From positions 1,504,001 through 1,568,000 of the forward strand of contig OZ244960.1 of assembly GCA_965222605.1 (NCBI GenBank): a stretch of 64,000 bases of DNA. Direction: 5' to 3'. The notes under the pieces are model-generated. The model saw only the letters and a program-made list of their open reading frames with translations, made no database searches and was not told the origin of the DNA. The translations under genes and the position numbers were made by a program. Positions 59,872 to 64,000 of this stretch are shown here, piece after piece; position 1 is the stretch's first letter; each line of letters starts with the position of its first letter. This DNA is from Candidatus Latescibacterota bacterium. GTDB lineage: Bacteria > Latescibacterota > UBA2968.

Positions 59872-60697
59872 ACAGGATTGGTTTGAGAAGGCAGATCAAG
59901 ATGGAGAATGTAAAGTGAATATAAGAAGACCAGAAAAGGAGGAATGCTTAGAACTGCGGAAAAGATTGCAAAAGGCAAGATATCAGGTCTTGGAAGACGG
60001 AGAAAACTGGTTAGGAATAGCGCAGGCAATTGAGGCAGTGGGAAATGCAATAACGAAAAACGAGAAAAAGGTCGGAACAGGACTGAGAAATGTGGAGGCA
60101 GAACTTCAACAATTTGTAAAAAAATGTCACCCAACAACAGGCCAAGGACAATATGAGGCAGAAGAGGGGCCCTTTGAGAGCACATTTGAAAACCTCTTGG
60201 AAGAGGTAAGAAAAGCGAGAAACGACGAGGCACACACGGGAGTGACAGCACGGGCAGCAGCGAGAATAGCAGTCGTAGTAGGAATCTATCTGGAGGACAC
60301 CCTGATGGCAGCAAGCGGTGCAGAGAAGGACGTGAAAGCATATATACAAGAAGAGGTAGTACGAACCTACAAATGGCAGAGGCTGGGAGAGTGCAGGCGA
60401 CTGATGCTGACACATTCTTTCTCATACCTACCCCTAAAAATAGAAAATGAATGGAAAATGTTAGCAGACGCGGACTTAGCAGAATATTTGGCGAACACAG
60501 GATGGAAGGGACGGAAGGAGACAGTAGAAGATGCAATAGCCAAAGTAGCCAATAAACTGAAAATAAAAAAAGCAGCCATAGTGGAACTAAACGACAGCAA
60601 AAAAAAAGCTCTAAACAAAATGGAAGGAAAAGCAGCAGTTGTTATAAATAAAGAAAGAGACCTCGTGGGTATCATAACCCCATTTGACTTGCTTTAG
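59852..60697 (+). CDS. CBS-domain-like protein, in frame behind a HEPN-like N-terminal remnant
   Basis: First ~17 codons MNGESPEQDWFEKADQD resemble a HEPN start; then LMLTHSFSYLP and LVGIITPFDLL; alternative GTG start at 59915. Confidence 0.6.
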   Translation: MNGESPEQDWFEKADQDGECKVNIRRPEKEECLELRKRLQKARYQVLEDGENWLGIAQAIEAVGNAITKNEKKVGTGLRNVEAELQQFVKKCHPTTGQGQYEAEEGPFESTFENLLEEVRKARNDEAHTGVTARAAARIAVVVGIYLEDTLMAASGAEKDVKAYIQEEVVRTYKWQRLGECRRLMLTHSFSYLPLKIENEWKMLADADLAEYLANTGWKGRKETVEDAIAKVANKLKIKKAAIVELNDSKKKALNKMEGKAAVVINKERDLVGIITPFDLL

Positions 60698-60834
60698 AGG
60701 AGGCACGCAGAAGCAGCAGGGGACGGGGATTCATTTTACAAACAACTTGCTCAATATCGCTTGCAAATTCGGTAAATTGGTTTCTAATCCCTAATCAACA
60801 AACTTACAAGAAAATTTTTAACAGGAGGCAAACA

Positions 60835-62196
60835 GTGGTTCATCAATCACATTTATTAAACGACGAGGCGATATTGCATTTTATTGCGCGGGGATATTGC
60901 GTAATCAAAACAAATGTCGCGCCGCATATCCACGCACAAATTTTGGCAGATGCAAAAAAGGCGACAGCAGAGGGAAACCCGGGCAATGACATATTGCACG
61001 CCGCACCGGGCTTGCGCGAAATTTTTGACGACGAAGCAATGGTCGGCGCACTATCGAGTCTCCTCGGCGATTCCTATGTCATGCACTGCCACAGACATTG
61101 CCATCGCAATCCCGCGGGCACAGAAGGCCGAACATTTCATCAGGACGGTTCAACGCGCCGATTTGCCGGCTGGAGCCGACCGTGGCGGCGGCACCATCGC
61201 CCGCGAACCGTAATGGCGATTTGTTATCCGCACCAAACACCGATTGAAATGGGGCCCACTGGCGTAATCCCCGGAACGCAATATTACAGTGCGAAACCAA
61301 AAAATGAGTTCGATTACGAGTTCCCATTTGCGGTTGTCGATCCCGGCGATGTCTTACTCGTACATTTTGATTTATTTCATCGGGTATCCAGCAATACGAG
61401 TGACCGTGACCGGTATATGATGAAATTTTTATTCAAACGCACCGAAGAGCCAACAGCCCCGAGTTGGCATGCCGCATCGGAATTTGACCCCGATTTCGAC
61501 ACCCTTGCACACCGGATAGAACCCGACCATCCATCCGACGTATTACTGCGCCATCCCCACGTATGGGAATTTATGTGGCGCTGGATGCGCGGTGAACCCC
61601 TGCCCGAATGGGGGGATGACGCGCCCGTCTCTATAGACGATATGATGCACGAATTGAACAGCGACGATCCAGGTGTCGTGCTAAATGCGACATACTCGCT
61701 GGGACGATTGGGCAAACGCGCAGTACCCGCATTGATGGATATATTACTGGGGCCAGATGAAGCACTTCGAGAGCGGGTTCCCGCAGCACTATCAGCAGCA
61801 GGTGGGCACGCCGTAGATGCGCTCGTCCATACATTAACACACTCTGACGACTGGGTGCGCGCAACCGCTGCAGATACCCTGGGCGATATTGGTCTGCCGG
61901 CTCTTGACGCGCTACCCGCTATTCGCAACGCACTTTCAGACCGCGACGACTGGGTGCGCCACAATGCCACGCGCGCATTGACCATCTGGAGCAAAGCTGC
62001 TGAAATCGCCCGCAATGATTTGCTCACAGCACTAAAAGACCAGGAGCCTTTTGTCGGCTTCAACGCGCTAACTGCTCTGGAACACATGAACTGTGTTGAC
62101 GATACACAGGTACTGCCATTGTTAAAAACAATGCAAAACCACGAGCACAGCCGATTGCGCTACCATGTGAACGAAATGCTACAGCGCGTCGCCTGA
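60835..62196 (+). CDS. PhyH-family dioxygenase fused to HEAT repeats
   Basis: FHQD, MGPTGVIPGTQ, HFDLFHR, RYMMKF; WVRATAADTLGDIG and WVRHNATRAL repeats. Confidence 0.8.
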   Translation: MVHQSHLLNDEAILHFIARGYCVIKTNVAPHIHAQILADAKKATAEGNPGNDILHAAPGLREIFDDEAMVGALSSLLGDSYVMHCHRHCHRNPAGTEGRTFHQDGSTRRFAGWSRPWRRHHRPRTVMAICYPHQTPIEMGPTGVIPGTQYYSAKPKNEFDYEFPFAVVDPGDVLLVHFDLFHRVSSNTSDRDRYMMKFLFKRTEEPTAPSWHAASEFDPDFDTLAHRIEPDHPSDVLLRHPHVWEFMWRWMRGEPLPEWGDDAPVSIDDMMHELNSDDPGVVLNATYSLGRLGKRAVPALMDILLGPDEALRERVPAALSAAGGHAVDALVHTLTHSDDWVRATAADTLGDIGLPALDALPAIRNALSDRDDWVRHNATRALTIWSKAAEIARNDLLTALKDQEPFVGFNALTALEHMNCVDDTQVLPLLKTMQNHEHSRLRYHVNEMLQRVA

Positions 62197-62216
62197 CCGA
62201 ATGTTGAGGAGGTATA

Positions 62217-63044
62217 ATGTATTCCAAACGCGAGCAGTTAATTCAAGATGGATTCTGTGTATTTGAAAATGTGCTCACCCCCGAGATGGTTGAGCGCACA
62301 AACGAGGCATCCAATCGCCTGTTAGACGCGCAAGATGCCGAATACTTTGAAGCACAGAAATCCACGGGAAGTTTGATCAGCATTTACCAGGACGACTTTT
62401 TTGCCGAACTGGTCACCTGGCCAAAAGCACTCAATGCTCTGCGAGAGATGGGCTTTGACCAACCTACTTTCTCATCCGGTTTTGTAATTAGCAAACCCCC
62501 ACACAGCCCACCCCTATTCTGGCATCAGGATTGGTGGGGATGGAATGATCCCGTGAGCTACGAGCCCCTACCACAACAGGTGTTTTTAATGTATTATCTC
62601 GTAGATACCTCGCGTGAAAACGGATGTCTGAGATTAATCGAAGGCTCGCACTTAAAACGACATCCCCTGCACGACCTCGCCCCCGAAGCACATACCGAAG
62701 ATTTGCGGCGCGTATCCGACCCAGACCATCCGGCCTATCAGTCGTATCCCGACGAGCGAGATGTTCCCGTGCGCGCTGGCGATCTGGTCATCGGTGATTC
62801 GCGGTTATTGCACAGTGCACGCGCCAACAAAACGGATCAGCGGCGGACAGTGATCACACTATGGTATCACCCGATATATAACGAACTGCCCGAAGCCATG
62901 CGCGCCCGCCTGGCGAACCGACACCCGATTCCAGATCACTGGTCTGAAGACGCGGCGCAAAAAATCGCGCCATTGATGCCCATTTACGAAGGCGAAGGCG
63001 AAGAACTCGAATGGAACCGCATTCCCGGACCTGCATTGGTGTGA
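62217..63044 (+). CDS. PhyH-family dioxygenase
   Basis: WHQD, ENGCLRLIEGSH, GDLVIGDSRLLH, RRTVITLWY. Confidence 0.88.
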   Translation: MYSKREQLIQDGFCVFENVLTPEMVERTNEASNRLLDAQDAEYFEAQKSTGSLISIYQDDFFAELVTWPKALNALREMGFDQPTFSSGFVISKPPHSPPLFWHQDWWGWNDPVSYEPLPQQVFLMYYLVDTSRENGCLRLIEGSHLKRHPLHDLAPEAHTEDLRRVSDPDHPAYQSYPDERDVPVRAGDLVIGDSRLLHSARANKTDQRRTVITLWYHPIYNELPEAMRARLANRHPIPDHWSEDAAQKIAPLMPIYEGEGEELEWNRIPGPALV

Positions 63045-63064
63045 TAGGAAGAAAAGACAAAAAC

Positions 63065-64000
63065 ATGAAAATCGCCGTTCTCATCTCCGGTGGTGTCGAT
63101 AGTTCAGTGGCTTTGAACATATTAAAAAATGAAGGCCACGACCTGACGGCATTTTACCTAAAAGTATGGCTCGAAGACGAACTCACTTTTTTGGGGGAGT
63201 GTCCCTGGGAAACAGACCTGAAGTTTGTCCGATCCGTATGCGATCAACTCGATGTACCACTACAAGTAATCTCCCTGCAATCGGAATATCTCGAGCGCGT
63301 GGTATCTTATGCACTCGACGAATTGCGCGACGGACGCACACCCAGTCCAGATATATTTTGCAATCAGCGGATCAAATTCGGCGCATTCTTTGACCACATA
63401 GACAGCAGTTATGAAAAAGTGGCAACCGGACACTACGCACAGATTTCACAGCGCAACGGGACTTTTCATCTAAAACGCGCACCCGACCCCGTCAAAGATC
63501 AGACCTACTTTTTATCCGGCATGTATCAATCACAAGTCGCGCGGGCATTATTTCCCATCGGCAACATGATGAAACGCGAAGTGCGCCAACTGGCACGGGA
63601 TTTTGACCTGCCAAATCAAGCGCGAAAAGACAGCCAGGGAATATGCTTTTTGGGCAAAATCAGATATCCGGATTTTATCGCATTTCACCTGGGCGAAAAA
63701 AAAGGCGATATTATCGACCGAGAAACCGGACAAATTCTGGGACCCCATCGGGGCTACTATTATTACACAATTGGACAGCGGTATGGCCTGGGATTGAGCG
63801 GAGGACCCTGGTACGTCATAAAAAAAGATATCGAGCGCAATATCATCTTTGTATCCCACGCCACGAGACACAAAAATACATCGCGGAACCAATTTGTCGT
63901 GACAAATCCCAATTGGATTGCAGAACCACCTGAAAAAACTGCCCTGCAATTAAAACTGCGCCACGGCCCAGAATTGATCAACTGTGAAATCGAAGCAATG
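63065..64000 (+). CDS. mnmA: tRNA 2-thiouridylase MnmA, truncated at the window end
   Basis: Hand translation from ATG 63065: MKIAVLISGGVDSSVA, TPSPDIFCNQRIKFG, ATGHYA, KDQTYFL, KDSQGICF, YTIGQR; absent from the ORF track because it runs off the end. Confidence 0.93.
   Translation, partial: MKIAVLISGGVDSSVALNILKNEGHDLTAFYLKVWLEDELTFLGECPWETDLKFVRSVCDQLDVPLQVISLQSEYLERVVSYALDELRDGRTPSPDIFCNQRIKFGAFFDHIDSSYEKVATGHYAQISQRNGTFHLKRAPDPVKDQTYFLSGMYQSQVARALFPIGNMMKREVRQLARDFDLPNQARKDSQGICFLGKIRYPDFIAFHLGEKKGDIIDRETGQILGPHRGYYYYTIGQRYGLGLSGGPWYVIKKDIERNIIFVSHATRHKNTSRNQFVVTNPNWIAEPPEKTALQLKLRHGPELINCEIEAM

Noticed and set aside
59820-60536. 238-aa Leu/Ser/Phe-rich minus-strand ORF that looks like a membrane protein
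   Set aside because: Artefact of the purine-rich plus strand; fully antisense to the CBS-like gene.
1-64000. CRISPR array, tRNA or rRNA genes
   Set aside because: No regularly spaced repeats or cloverleaf/rRNA signatures were seen by eye; intergenic spaces are short.

Overview
Gene-dense bacterial chromosome segment. A PorV-like gene, a T9SS-type C-terminal domain, EF-hand/dockerin-like modules, sulfatases, three PhyH dioxygenases, an ankyrin protein and several toxin-antitoxin remnants suggest an FCB-related candidate lineage such as Latescibacterota, possibly sponge-associated (inference only). From left to right: (1) a surface/secretion locus with PorV-like, PQQ-type dehydrogenase, degenerate M6 protease with T9SS-type CTD, peptidase-TolB-Omp85, an intact IS5 element, two DUF5683-like paralogs and an HEXXH peptidase; (2) accessory genes and TA modules; (3) the main finding, a minus-strand run of fatty acyl-CoA reductase, an unusual PlsC-fold acyltransferase, an alkyl-DHAP synthase closely resembling the animal enzyme, a DHRS7B-like SDR and a lipid kinase, i.e. 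a candidate eukaryote-type (peroxisomal-like) ether-lipid pathway, transcribed back-to-back with (4) an ndk-yceD-rpmF-fabHDG-acpP-fabF-rnc operon that lacks plsX; (5) a GlmL-like ATPase plus DUF6754-like membrane-protein cluster of unknown function; (6) OppD/OppF-like ATPases, a second peptidase-TolB-Omp85 paralog and a UbiA-family gene; (7) a sulfatase/fucosidase/PhyH catabolic block, purT, a broken MNT-HEPN pair and partial mnmA. No rRNA, tRNA or CRISPR array was seen. All family calls come from motif recognition by eye; no database searches were run.
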